Positions 27,694 to 37,568 of a stretch of DNA of 64,000 nt are shown piece by piece. Source of the stretch: a virus. Taxonomy: Duplodnaviria > Heunggongvirae > Uroviricota > Caudoviricetes > Crassvirales. The notes below the pieces were generated by a model. The model did not search any database. It was not told the DNA's origin and worked only from the letters and a program-made list of their open reading frames with translations. The DNA lies in IMG/VR virus record IMGVR_UViG_3300040771_000130, positions 38,195-102,194 of that record; one strand, 5' to 3'. Position 1 is the stretch's first letter. The number at the start of each line of letters is the position of its first letter. The position numbers were made by a program, and so were the translations under genes.

Positions 27694-29258
27694 TATAATG
27701 TATTATTTAAACGTTCACGAATTTCATCTAAAGTAGTTTCTTTTACAAGTTTACCATCTTTAAATACTGTTGTAAGTAACCCTAATTTTTCTTGTTCATA
27801 ACAACATTGATCTTCAACATACAATTGATTGTGTTTAGAATATACTTGTAATAAACCTTTTTTAGATTTTTTAGTACCATCATCAGTAATTGGATCTTTA
27901 AAGATTTCTCTAGCTTCAGTAACTACAATTTCTTTACCTGTAGCAGGATTAATACTTTTTCTAGTTAATTCACCATAAGTCGCTTTCATTGCAAATCCAA
28001 AAGTATCTCTTGTATTGTATTGATAGGTAAATGACCCAATTCCAAATACTATATTTGTACTTGCAAATCCTTTAGCTTTAAGTCTTTCACATATTTGAAT
28101 AGCTCTTTCTGCAGTGATAGAATCACCATAAATAGCTCCAATATGGGAATCTAATACTTTATAACCCTGTTCGTTGATAGTACCACCAAAAGTATCCCAA
28201 AGTAATTCTATTACTCCTTTAAATTCTTCTTTAATTCTATTATAACCAACACCTCTAGATTCAACGTCTTTACAACATTCTTCATAAGAAGAATATTCTA
28301 AATTCCATTCATGTCCACAAATAATATCTACAGGATCACCACTATCAGGTCTAATTACTAATTTACCATCTCTAGCTAATATTTCAGATTTAAGTTGTGG
28401 TAAATATTCAGTACAAACTTTCCATAAATCCCATGTATCAGATACTACTGATAATATACCTTCTGGATATAGATTTAATAATCTTTGAAAAGTTTCTATT
28501 TCTGATTCTTTAGTACCCATACACATAACACTATGTTCAGTAGCAGGCACACTTGCACCAATAAGACCAGTAGCGTTATAGGATGACTCCAATTGATAGA
28601 TTGCAGGAATTGTATCAGTTCCAGTAAAGAAAAGTAAATGACCCATTGCACTAATAGTAGCAGATTCAATACTAGACATCCCACGCATAGAAAAGTCGTG
28701 AGCTTGCCATTGAACCTCTTCAGTATTACCTGTAGTTTCAATAGCATATTTATTAAGAATTTTTTTATATTCATAAGCAAGTGTTGCTGAAGTTATAGGT
28801 TGCCATAACGTTGCACTAATTAATGTTTCAAGATAGTTTACTAACCAACCAAAATCAGGATGTGTGTTAGTAATTGTTAACATTGGAACACCAATGGAAC
28901 ACAAAGTACCTTCGTCTAAAGCTTTAATTTCAATAGGTAGATAACCTAAATTCCATAAATCTTCAATATGTTTAGTATCTACATTACAATGACGTTTGTA
29001 TTCATCAATAATACCAATTTTACTACTACCTAGTTTATTTGCTTCTTCAGTAGTTTTAGGTTTTTCAAAAAATTCTTTATTAAATTTGTCAATAAGATAT
29101 TCTTTAATAAAATGTTGTAAACCAAAAGTAACTACTTTTTCAATTCCAGGTATTCTAGATTTACGGGGTGTAAAATTAGAATATAGTTTAGTCATACCTT
29201 CAGGATACATTTTAGTATGATGAATTTTGTAACTATCTACATATAATAATGGATTCAT
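27693..29258 (-). CDS. nadV: nicotinamide phosphoribosyltransferase (NAMPT/NadV)
   Basis: N-terminal 'LLYVDSYKIHHTKMYPEG' matches the NAMPT 'ATDSYKVTHYKQYP' start; ~520 aa; co-located with prs (supplies PRPP). Confidence 0.6.
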   Translation of the reverse strand: MNPLLYVDSYKIHHTKMYPEGMTKLYSNFTPRKSRIPGIEKVVTFGLQHFIKEYLIDKFNKEFFEKPKTTEEANKLGSSKIGIIDEYKRHCNVDTKHIEDLWNLGYLPIEIKALDEGTLCSIGVPMLTITNTHPDFGWLVNYLETLISATLWQPITSATLAYEYKKILNKYAIETTGNTEEVQWQAHDFSMRGMSSIESATISAMGHLLFFTGTDTIPAIYQLESSYNATGLIGASVPATEHSVMCMGTKESEIETFQRLLNLYPEGILSVVSDTWDLWKVCTEYLPQLKSEILARDGKLVIRPDSGDPVDIICGHEWNLEYSSYEECCKDVESRGVGYNRIKEEFKGVIELLWDTFGGTINEQGYKVLDSHIGAIYGDSITAERAIQICERLKAKGFASTNIVFGIGSFTYQYNTRDTFGFAMKATYGELTRKSINPATGKEIVVTEAREIFKDPITDDGTKKSKKGLLQVYSKHNQLYVEDQCCYEQEKLGLLTTVFKDGKLVKETTLDEIRERLNNTL

Positions 29259-29276
29259 AATTTTTTAATAATTTTG

Positions 29277-29468
29277 TTAATAATAATTTATTTTTTCTGA
29301 TTCGATCTCCCAATTTTCTTGGTTAATTTCTAAATAGTCCATTACCTGATGAATAGTTACATCCATTTTTAAATCTTCTTGAATTTTTTCAGATATTAAT
29401 ATTGGATTAGTAATTTGATGTTGTTCCATCACAAGATCTATTGCAAAAACGTATTCTGGTTTAATCAT
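29277..29468 (-). CDS. hypothetical protein
   Basis: 63-aa acidic ORF, 3 nt upstream of the polymerase stop. Confidence 0.4.
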   Translation of the reverse strand: MIKPEYVFAIDLVMEQHQITNPILISEKIQEDLKMDVTIHQVMDYLEINQENWEIESEKINYY

Positions 29469-29470
29469 AA

Positions 29471-31501
29471 TTAATTAAGTTTATCAATAATACTATAGCA
29501 TTCTTTAATATAGTAGTCATAATTTAAATCATATTCATGTTCTTTATACTTATTAAATAATGTACATTTATAACCAGATTCTAAATTTTCATCTCTATTT
29601 TCAGCATCAACTTTAACATCTTCAATAACATCAAATATATTCATTTGATTTGAATCAAATTTTAATTTGTATTTATCAGTTTCAGTTAAATGATGTTTTT
29701 CAAGAGGTGGTAATTTCTTGATTAATTCTACACCTGTATTAGATACATAATATCTATTCATTTTAGACAACGGTTCTTCAATTAATTCGTGACCTTTCCA
29801 ATAGCGTTGAACTAATGTGTTTTGACCTTTCATTTTAGCACCCAAACAGAAGTCGTAAATACCATAATTTTCACATATAAGATTGTTCATTTTATTTGTG
29901 TAATGATTTCTACCATTATTACTTAAATGGTTTTTAACGGTAAATTCTGGTTTATTACCATTTATAAAGTATTCAGCTAATGCAATTGGAACAATTCTTT
30001 TAGAATGGTTTTTATGATAATCTCTATCGATTTCAAAACAACCTTTAAATTTAATATTATCATCAGAAATAATATTAATATAATTATTAACATCTCTGGC
30101 TATAATTTTTTTACAAACTTGAATTTCTAATGGTATATTAACTATTTTTTCAACTTGTTTACAAGCTTTAGATAAATTATCATAATCAGATCTATGAATT
30201 TTATACATCGCACCATCAGTGTTTTCAAAAATAATAGTTGGTTCTATTTTACAAGATTCAAATACTTTTTCTGTTAACAATGTCAGCATTAATTGACCGT
30301 TAATACAAATAGCTAATTGCCATTTAGGATCATATAAAAATGCATATTTATCTTTAGATAAACCATAACTACCGTTAAGAATAATTTTTAATACATAATT
30401 ACGAGGATCTTTTTTATCATAAAGTTTTCTATCTTTATAAAAACCTTCATAAATTCTACTAAAAATTGGTTCTGGAATATGTTCTGGATGTAATTTATTT
30501 CTAAATGAAATGTGAGGATAATATGATGCAAAATCTACATCTACTAATATATAATCATCATCTGATTCATATATACCAGCTTTACCAAATGAATGTAATC
30601 CACCTTCAGCGTATTCTCTAACAACATTTTTATAATTTTTACTAAAAGATATAGAATACTTTTTAGCTTCCTCTTTAGACATATTAGAAGTATCAATCCA
30701 AGTGTAAGATTTAAATTTATTTAAAATTTCTTGATTTAATGGATCTTCAAATCTCAAATAATCAAATATTATGTTTTTAATATTTACTTGAGATCTTTCA
30801 GTTCTTAATTTAGATAAAGTTTTAACATCTATATTCATTTCTTTAGATAAATATTTACCAAAGATTTCTTTAGACATTCTAATTTCAGAAGCGTTAATTA
30901 AATTCATACCTTCTAATTGAGTATAGAACTTTCTAATATCAATATGTTTAGAACTTATATTATAAAATTTTTCAGTAGCTTCAATATCGTTTTTACAATA
31001 ACTAATAATTTCATCCATTTGATCAAATGTTAAAATTGTACCAGGTTTGTATGGTAAATCTTCAACATTAGGTAATCTCATAGCAAATTCAAGCCATTTA
31101 AGCGATGTACTTTTATTTTTGTTATCATAGTGCCAAATACGATATAAATCCAATTGAGGTATCTTAATTTGATTATCCCATATTGCAGAATATTTAGTAT
31201 TAATAATAATTTCAACTTCTTTATAAATTTCTTGAGCAGTTAAAAGTTTATTTGATTTTAATATAGTATTATGTAATACTGGATAATCAAAATTAAGATT
31301 GTTAAATCCTATTAAACCTTTAACTTGCTCATTAAGAAATTTTTTTAAATCAATTTGATCTGTTTTTCTATCACTTATTTCAAAGTAATGATATCTTTCT
31401 GTAACAATACATTTGAATACTGCTAAAAAGAAATTAGGATAGGTTTCTAAATCAAATATAAATAATTTTTTTTCCATATATAAAGTATTAGTGAGACACA
31501 C
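29471..31501 (-). CDS. DNA polymerase, family B, with 3'-5' exonuclease domain
   Basis: Exo I 'FDLETY', Exo 'YCKNDI' (YxxxD), Pol motif A 'DFASYYPHI' (DxxSLYPS), motif B 'KIILNGSYG' (KxxxNSxYG) and motif C-like 'ENTDGAMY'. Confidence 0.75.
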   Translation of the reverse strand: MCLTNTLYMEKKLFIFDLETYPNFFLAVFKCIVTERYHYFEISDRKTDQIDLKKFLNEQVKGLIGFNNLNFDYPVLHNTILKSNKLLTAQEIYKEVEIIINTKYSAIWDNQIKIPQLDLYRIWHYDNKNKSTSLKWLEFAMRLPNVEDLPYKPGTILTFDQMDEIISYCKNDIEATEKFYNISSKHIDIRKFYTQLEGMNLINASEIRMSKEIFGKYLSKEMNIDVKTLSKLRTERSQVNIKNIIFDYLRFEDPLNQEILNKFKSYTWIDTSNMSKEEAKKYSISFSKNYKNVVREYAEGGLHSFGKAGIYESDDDYILVDVDFASYYPHISFRNKLHPEHIPEPIFSRIYEGFYKDRKLYDKKDPRNYVLKIILNGSYGLSKDKYAFLYDPKWQLAICINGQLMLTLLTEKVFESCKIEPTIIFENTDGAMYKIHRSDYDNLSKACKQVEKIVNIPLEIQVCKKIIARDVNNYINIISDDNIKFKGCFEIDRDYHKNHSKRIVPIALAEYFINGNKPEFTVKNHLSNNGRNHYTNKMNNLICENYGIYDFCLGAKMKGQNTLVQRYWKGHELIEEPLSKMNRYYVSNTGVELIKKLPPLEKHHLTETDKYKLKFDSNQMNIFDVIEDVKVDAENRDENLESGYKCTLFNKYKEHEYDLNYDYYIKECYSIIDKLN

Positions 31502-31592
31502 TTTTAATACAAATGTTGGAAAGTAATAATAATTAGGCTAAGAACTATTGTCTTAATTAAGCTACACTAAGCACCTAATTATTAAAATTATT

Positions 31593-32405
31593 TTATTGTT
31601 GTTTTAACAGAGTAACTGGTGTGTTACCATATAACGGTGTTTTACCATCCCATTTTTCAATAAACTGTTCCTGAAGCAATTGTGATGTAATACCTGAACT
31701 TCTAATTTTGTTTTGTTCAGCTTTTAACAATTCTAGTTCATTACGTTTACGTTGTTCAATAATTTGTTGATCTAATACAGAAACATTAGTGTTTACTTCA
31801 TTTCTACTATCAATCTTAGCTTTAACTTTCTTAGAAAAGTCTAAATTTAAACTAAAACTAATAAGATTTAATCCTGATTTTTCAAGTTCTTTTTTAACTA
31901 TTGTTTGAACATATTGTTCAAATTTAAGAGAACCACCATTAGACATTAATGAATCTGTAGTATATGCTTTTGACGCTTCTTTAATTATATCATAAATTCT
32001 TGGTTCAATTACATTATCTTCTAATGCTAACATAAATGAATTACCTGAACCTAATCTCGCATTTTGAAATACAACATCTACAACTCTATCAGATATTACT
32101 TTATAAGAATATACTGGTTTAGAAGTAAATGCAGTATTATCTGCAGCTTTAATATTTAAAGTCTTTTCTGAATCATCATCATTAGTAAATTTACCACGTT
32201 GTTCCCATGCTGGAACTTGGAATAATTCTGATCCTGGTGAAAATACAGTACTTACTCTACCTTTTACCTCAGAATAATCTGATTTACCAGATTTACCATA
32301 ATTTTCCATTAGTACGCCATAATAATTTGGAGCAACTCTTTCACAAGATGTTAACATTATTACAGCTAATAACAACATTCCTGAAATTTTCAAAATTTTT
32401 TTCAT
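31593..32405 (-). CDS. lipoprotein, possibly SPFH/band-7-like
   Basis: Signal peptide with lipobox 'MLTSC' and a C-terminal Gln/Glu-rich coiled coil. The central region loosely resembles SPFH domains (weak). Confidence 0.4.
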   Translation of the reverse strand: MKKILKISGMLLLAVIMLTSCERVAPNYYGVLMENYGKSGKSDYSEVKGRVSTVFSPGSELFQVPAWEQRGKFTNDDDSEKTLNIKAADNTAFTSKPVYSYKVISDRVVDVVFQNARLGSGNSFMLALEDNVIEPRIYDIIKEASKAYTTDSLMSNGGSLKFEQYVQTIVKKELEKSGLNLISFSLNLDFSKKVKAKIDSRNEVNTNVSVLDQQIIEQRKRNELELLKAEQNKIRSSGITSQLLQEQFIEKWDGKTPLYGNTPVTLLKQQ

Positions 32406-32572
32406 TTAATTAATTTTTAATTTGTTTAATAATTATTTTTATTGAGATATAAATCATTAATAATACGCAAACTATCCCAATCCACGCATTGATATGGTTA
32501 AATAACCATATTCCTGTGTAAAATCCCATTAATAATAATGTGATTTTTAAAATCCATTTTTTCATATAATAT

Positions 32573-32980
32573 TTAACTGTTTGCTATTTCATTTAATTGA
32601 TCTGGCGAATATAAAGATATACCTTTAATTCCACCACAACCATTACCAGGAAAGGGTGTAAATAAAGTAGTTGTTTTAACAATTTGAAAACAATGTAGAG
32701 AATGAAAAGTATATTCTTTATTGTCTTCATCTTTTATAATTTTTGTGTTGTATAAAGATTTGATCAATTTTTTAATACTTAAACTAGGATAATACGTTTG
32801 TAAAATTTCTAATATTTCATCAATTGATCTATATTTACCTTTTTTACATTGAACAACAGTACATTCTTTATCAGAATAAGTTTCAACAGAAGTAAGATAG
32901 CTACCATTATGGTAAGAATAAAGTAAAGTTATAAATTCTTTTACACTTCTAGATCTTTTAAAATTTACATATATCGCCAT
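32573..32980 (-). CDS. hypothetical protein, 'MAIYV' family paralog B
   Basis: 135 aa; shares N-terminus and motif pattern with 24750..25178. Confidence 0.5.
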   Translation of the reverse strand: MAIYVNFKRSRSVKEFITLLYSYHNGSYLTSVETYSDKECTVVQCKKGKYRSIDEILEILQTYYPSLSIKKLIKSLYNTKIIKDEDNKEYTFHSLHCFQIVKTTTLFTPFPGNGCGGIKGISLYSPDQLNEIANS

Positions 32981-33792
32981 TATTTTAATTTTTGTTTTAC
33001 TAATTCTTGAATTCTACGATTTTGTGCAGAAAATGATGTTGTATCTGTAATAGGTTTATCAGCAGATATATAAATATTAGCAACATCTTTCAATGATAAG
33101 CAAGGTTTATTCATAAAAATATATTTTTCAGCTTTTTCTTTTGATTTATAAAAAATATAATCACTTTTTTGAGATGTTGAACAAATTGTAGGTGAAGATA
33201 ATTTTACATCTTTTAAATTTTTTAAATCTATATAATAGACATCTTCATCATTTTCAAAAATATCAACACCATCTTCAGTTGTGAATAATGGTTGAATTAA
33301 TTTTAAACATTGATCTAATTCATTACTCCATATATTTTTAGAATTTTCTAAATAAATTATATTATTAATTAATTTAATTTCTAATAACATATTAATAGGA
33401 TATGTTGAACTTTTACATTTTTTATTAAAATTAACTTTATCACCAATAGTAAATATTTCACCATCGCTTAGACGTTTGACTGAATAAATATTATAGTAAT
33501 TAGGTATTAGATTATTACCAACTGTAATTTGTGATGAAGCAGAGTTATATGTTCCGTTATTAGTTATATTGTAAATATTTGAAGTTTCTTTACCTTGATA
33601 TGATAATATTTCATAATCTTTTTCAACAACAAGTTGCCAAAATTCTGGATGATTTTCTGGTTGAATCCAATTAGAATTTACATAATAACCATTATCAAGC
33701 TGCGGAGCTATAATATGTCCTAGTTTATGACTTCCTGGATAAGTTTTTATAAGTTTGTATTTCATAATACTTAGTTTACAATTGTTGCCCAT
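32980..33792 (-). CDS. hypothetical protein
   Basis: 270-aa ORF, ATGA-coupled. Confidence 0.5.
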   Translation of the reverse strand: MGNNCKLSIMKYKLIKTYPGSHKLGHIIAPQLDNGYYVNSNWIQPENHPEFWQLVVEKDYEILSYQGKETSNIYNITNNGTYNSASSQITVGNNLIPNYYNIYSVKRLSDGEIFTIGDKVNFNKKCKSSTYPINMLLEIKLINNIIYLENSKNIWSNELDQCLKLIQPLFTTEDGVDIFENDEDVYYIDLKNLKDVKLSSPTICSTSQKSDYIFYKSKEKAEKYIFMNKPCLSLKDVANIYISADKPITDTTSFSAQNRRIQELVKQKLK

Positions 33793-35186
33793 TTGTCTTG
33801 TCTTTCACAATATATAGAATAAGCACCAGCATCAGCATAGATATTTACAGTAGTATCGCTATTTGAAGTTTCATAAAAATCAGTTGTTTTTATAATACTT
33901 GATCTACCCAACAAACTTCTAATTTTAGTCCCAACAGGATACAATCTTTTAGCTTTTTCTAATAATGTTTCTTCTTTAACTTCAATAGTTTTATTTAAAA
34001 CATATTTTTTAAATTGCTCTAAAGTTATTTCTGTGTAACCTATTTTAATTTCAGGATATGTTGTACAATCATGAAAACTTGGAAAATGTGCATAATTAAC
34101 AGATAATTCTATTTTACTATAAGAATTAACACTGTGTGTATTACAATAATCTACAAATAAATCATCATCTGATTTTAAACACCACTTTTCATGTAATACA
34201 AAATCAATTTTAGGTTCAATATAATGTTCAATACTGTTAATGTCAAACTTAGAAGTTTCATTTAATATTGCAATTATTTGAGTTCTATTTTCATTATATT
34301 CAAATTTTGTAATATCATAAATTACATTTGATAGTGATTTAACTTTATCACCAATAAAGAATTGACTACCTTCATTATTCTCAACTTTAGTAATAGTTTC
34401 AATTGTTTCAATTACTTTAAATTGTGGTAATGGTTCGATAGTTTCTTTAATAACAGTTTCTTTTAAAACATATTGTTTAAATTGTTCAAATGTAATTTCA
34501 GTAAAAACAAAATTTGAAGAAATGTTATGATTGTTATAAGACAGTTTTCTACTTTCAGTCATATTCCACGACCAATTTTTAAAGTCATCAAAATCATTTT
34601 TATTATGATTAAGATAATAAATATATTGATTAATTAAAAATCCTGCACCTATTTTAGGTAATTTATTTATTAATTCTAAACAATTGCCGTCAGTTATTTT
34701 TATACACCATTTCTCAGGTAATACAAATTCAGGATCTTTAGTTATAAATTGAGCATCATAAGCTTCTTTTGTTGATGATTTAAATCGATCTTGTAGATTT
34801 TTATAAGTAATAAGGGTTTTGTGCCAACTTAAATTAAATAATTCATTTGCTTCATTATGGTTTGAAGTTTTATAAATTGTATTTACTTTTGCTAAACCAT
34901 ATTCTGCAATACATTCAACATATTCAGGAATAAATGTTTTCATAGCTTTATTATATTTTATGAATTTATCTTGTTCAATACACAGATTTAACCAATGTTT
35001 TTCTTCAGGTGTTGCATTTCTTATAACACTATAATTGTTTTGAACAGGTGTTTTAGAGAAATGTTTACCATCCATTGAAATCCAAAATTTAATATACAAT
35101 TTTTCATTTCTTATTTTATTTATAAAATTGTCACCAAAAACATAAATTTCATTTTCAATTAAATCTTCTTTTTTTATAGTTTTCAT
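33771..35186 (-). CDS. hypothetical protein with internal tandem domain duplication
   Basis: 471 aa. 'FVLPEKWCIKITDGN...FTEITFEQFKQYVLKETVIKE' is repeated as 'FVLHEKWCLKSDDD...YTEITLEQFKKYVLNKTIEVKE' about 185 aa later. Confidence 0.5.
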   Translation of the reverse strand: MKTIKKEDLIENEIYVFGDNFINKIRNEKLYIKFWISMDGKHFSKTPVQNNYSVIRNATPEEKHWLNLCIEQDKFIKYNKAMKTFIPEYVECIAEYGLAKVNTIYKTSNHNEANELFNLSWHKTLITYKNLQDRFKSSTKEAYDAQFITKDPEFVLPEKWCIKITDGNCLELINKLPKIGAGFLINQYIYYLNHNKNDFDDFKNWSWNMTESRKLSYNNHNISSNFVFTEITFEQFKQYVLKETVIKETIEPLPQFKVIETIETITKVENNEGSQFFIGDKVKSLSNVIYDITKFEYNENRTQIIAILNETSKFDINSIEHYIEPKIDFVLHEKWCLKSDDDLFVDYCNTHSVNSYSKIELSVNYAHFPSFHDCTTYPEIKIGYTEITLEQFKKYVLNKTIEVKEETLLEKAKRLYPVGTKIRSLLGRSSIIKTTDFYETSNSDTTVNIYADAGAYSIYCERQDKWATIVN

Positions 35187-35387
35187 AATATTTGTTAATT
35201 AGTTATTATTTGTTATTTTATTATTCATAATATTTATTAATTGATTAAAATAAAATGTGAGTTTATCAGCCGCTGCTCCACCGTTACAATTCCTCTAGGA
35301 CTATTTAAAGTATTCAAATTGCACTGAGATGACTCACATTTTAAAAAACTAACTAAAAAAAACTAAACATTATGAAAATTTAGTTTG

Positions 35388-35446
35388 TGGAGGATTGGGG
35401 ATTCGAACCCCTGTTTTCAAATCTGTTACCTAACAGACTATCCTCC
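35388..35446 (-). tRNA. tRNA-like minihelix element lacking an anticodon arm (~58 nt)
   Basis: Minus strand has acceptor GGAGGAT/ATCCTCC, a canonical D-arm TCTG-TTAGGTAA-CAGA and a T-arm GGGG-TTCGAAT-CCCC. Only 10 nt (TTTGAAAACA) separate the D- and T-arms. Confidence 0.4.
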
Positions 35447-35462
35447 ATTTATTTTTAATTAA

Positions 35463-35690
35463 TTACAACCATTTAGGTGGTTTTTCTGGTAATGCTGGAC
35501 ATTTATGTATTAATAACATTATCCATATTACGATTGATAACGGTGTAAAAAAACTAAAAAATAAGTTTACTCGTACATCCTCCCATTCCCAAGTATTATC
35601 TTTGTTATATTTTACAACAATATATTTGTTAATATAATAACAAATTATTACGATTGCTAAATATATTAGTATTCCAATTAATGTTTCCAT
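35463..35690 (-). CDS. small membrane protein (2 TM)
   Basis: 75 aa with two hydrophobic helices. Confidence 0.45.
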   Translation of the reverse strand: METLIGILIYLAIVIICYYINKYIVVKYNKDNTWEWEDVRVNLFFSFFTPLSIVIWIMLLIHKCPALPEKPPKWL

Positions 35691-35700
35691 AATAATGTTT

Positions 35701-35898
35701 TTAAAAAATTAATTCTGATTTTATTAAACAATTAAATCCAATTATTAAAAGTATTGCAATAATTAATACTGTTGTAAGCATTGTTACTGTTTCATAGTAA
35801 TTGTTTTTAATAATTTTTCTATAAATTATTATACTTACAATAGGTGTAAGTATAGCTAAAAATATCAATAATGATCCTGCAAATAAATAAGTTTCCAT
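35701..35898 (-). CDS. small membrane protein (2 TM; holin-like topology)
   Basis: 65 aa with two hydrophobic helices and a charged C-terminus. Confidence 0.4.
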   Translation of the reverse strand: METYLFAGSLLIFLAILTPIVSIIIYRKIIKNNYYETVTMLTTVLIIAILLIIGFNCLIKSELIF

Positions 35899-35905
35899 AA
35901 TTATA

Positions 35906-36577
35906 TTATTTAAGTTGAATAGCTAGTTTAGCAATTGTTTTTAATGCGCCGAATTCTGGATTTATAAAGCCAGTTAACATATCTGGAAAGTAATAAATAC
36001 TTCCTATTGATAATAATACACAAACTGTTAAATGAAACCCTTTAAACCAACTATTGTTTTGATTTTCAATAGGTATTAAAATATCTTCTTTTCCAATAGG
36101 ACCATCAATGTATCTTTTTGATCTAATATCATTCTGATAACCATTTCTACCTTCATAATAGCTATCAAATTGAGCATTTGGTATTTTATCAATAATATCT
36201 TTTTCACCTTTAACAAAATTTTTTTCTGTTAATTTAACATTTAAATTACGTTTATAAAATAAACACCAATTAAACATAGAAGATAATGTTAATATTAGAA
36301 ATCCAATAGACCATACTAATTGTTGTTTTACTAATATGTTCCAAACATTATTAGTGGTTGTCTTAAACGATTCGGCTAATGAACTAATAGCTTTCTCAAC
36401 TTTAGGAGATAAAGCTTTAGCGTCATTATAAACTGTTTTAGTAAGTAATTTACCATCATTGTAAACAGTAGATACTCCTTCTTCAGAATTATCTAATATT
36501 TTATCAACTTGTTTTGATTGTGCAAAAGTCAGAGTCATTGACATGATTGCTACGAATAATAAGAATTTTGTTTTCAT
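35906..36577 (-). CDS. secreted/membrane-anchored protein
   Basis: N-terminal signal peptide 'MKTKFLLFVAIMSMTLTFAQS' plus internal and C-terminal hydrophobic segments. Confidence 0.5.
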   Translation of the reverse strand: MKTKFLLFVAIMSMTLTFAQSKQVDKILDNSEEGVSTVYNDGKLLTKTVYNDAKALSPKVEKAISSLAESFKTTTNNVWNILVKQQLVWSIGFLILTLSSMFNWCLFYKRNLNVKLTEKNFVKGEKDIIDKIPNAQFDSYYEGRNGYQNDIRSKRYIDGPIGKEDILIPIENQNNSWFKGFHLTVCVLLSIGSIYYFPDMLTGFINPEFGALKTIAKLAIQLK

Positions 36578-36691
36578 TTTTAATTATTTTTAGTTATTTT
36601 TTAAAGAGTTGTTTAAATCTATTCTGTTCCAAAGATGTGTTAATATAATTTGACCATTAGGAAATTGTAAACTATACATTGTTTTCATAAT

Positions 36692-36943
36692 TTATAGATT
36701 AAATTGGGGAATATCAGGCTGGTTTTCAGACCAAATCTTAATAATAGAATTTCTAAATTTGGTTATTTTATTTAATTCAGATTCTGAAACACCATTATCT
36801 AAATATACATATGTTATCATATTATTAAAACTTTTAATATAAAATAAATATGAATAATCATCACCTGAAACTCCTAATTCAATTTCTGTAATTTTACAAA
36901 TATTTTTAGTATCTATAATATCACCATTTATTGCTATTTTCAT
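36692..36943 (-). CDS. hypothetical protein
   Basis: 83-aa ORF. Confidence 0.45.
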   Translation of the reverse strand: MKIAINGDIIDTKNICKITEIELGVSGDDYSYLFYIKSFNNMITYVYLDNGVSESELNKITKFRNSIIKIWSENQPDIPQFNL

Positions 36944-36945
36944 AA

Positions 36946-37155
36946 TTAATTCATATTAAAACCACTTTTTTTATTCCATTTGTACAATAATGTATTCTGA
37001 ACACGTTTAGGATAATAACAACCAGTTATTAACCATTTAATTGGTCTGTAAATTACTAATACAAACACAATAGTTGGTATTAATAATATTACAGATAATT
37101 TCCATAAAAATTTAATCATTTCCTTGAATTTTAATATCATAAGTAACCAGTTCAA
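36946..37155 (-). CDS. small membrane protein
   Basis: 69 aa; central TM 'VILLIPTIVFVLVIY'. Confidence 0.4.
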   Translation of the reverse strand: MNWLLMILKFKEMIKFLWKLSVILLIPTIVFVLVIYRPIKWLITGCYYPKRVQNTLLYKWNKKSGFNMN

Positions 37156-37272
37156 TTTTTATAATTTTACTACAATCTGGTTTATTTAATAATTTTTCAC
37201 ATTCAGAAATTGATTCTGCTACAACAAAATCAATATTATTATTTTGTCTTTGATATCTATACAAATTCATAA

Positions 37273-37539
37273 TTATGTTTTTAAATTATTTAATATTTTC
37301 ATACCAATATGTTGTGGTTGTTGTAAAACAACAGTTGGTTTAGTTTTATTTTTATTACAAATATATTTAATATATATCATTTCTAAATAATTTTTGTAAG
37401 GTTTTGATAAATTCTTTAGTTTATTAATTCTATTAAATTCATCTTGATGTACCTGTAACATCTTTGGTTGTTCATTGTTGATATCTTGTATCATTTGAAA
37501 TGAACTCGGAATAAGATATCCTATTGTATTTGTTGTCAT
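37273..37539 (-). CDS. hypothetical protein
   Basis: 88-aa ORF. Confidence 0.45.
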   Translation of the reverse strand: MTTNTIGYLIPSSFQMIQDINNEQPKMLQVHQDEFNRINKLKNLSKPYKNYLEMIYIKYICNKNKTKPTVVLQQPQHIGMKILNNLKT

Positions 37540-37568
37540 AATTTGTTAGTTTTAGTTTGTTTTTATTT

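Noticed and set aside
28496-29220. ORFs 28496..28780 (-) and 28996..29220 (+)
   Set aside because: Alternative frame or strand inside the NAMPT gene, which has clear family motifs.
31502-31592. Possible hairpin/ncRNA between polymerase and lipoprotein genes
   Set aside because: Only a 7-bp AATTAGG/CCTAATT pairing with a 36-nt loop and no U-tract; more likely just the polymerase promoter/RBS region.
32207-32413. Plus-strand 68-aa ORF
   Set aside because: Antisense to the lipoprotein gene N-terminus.
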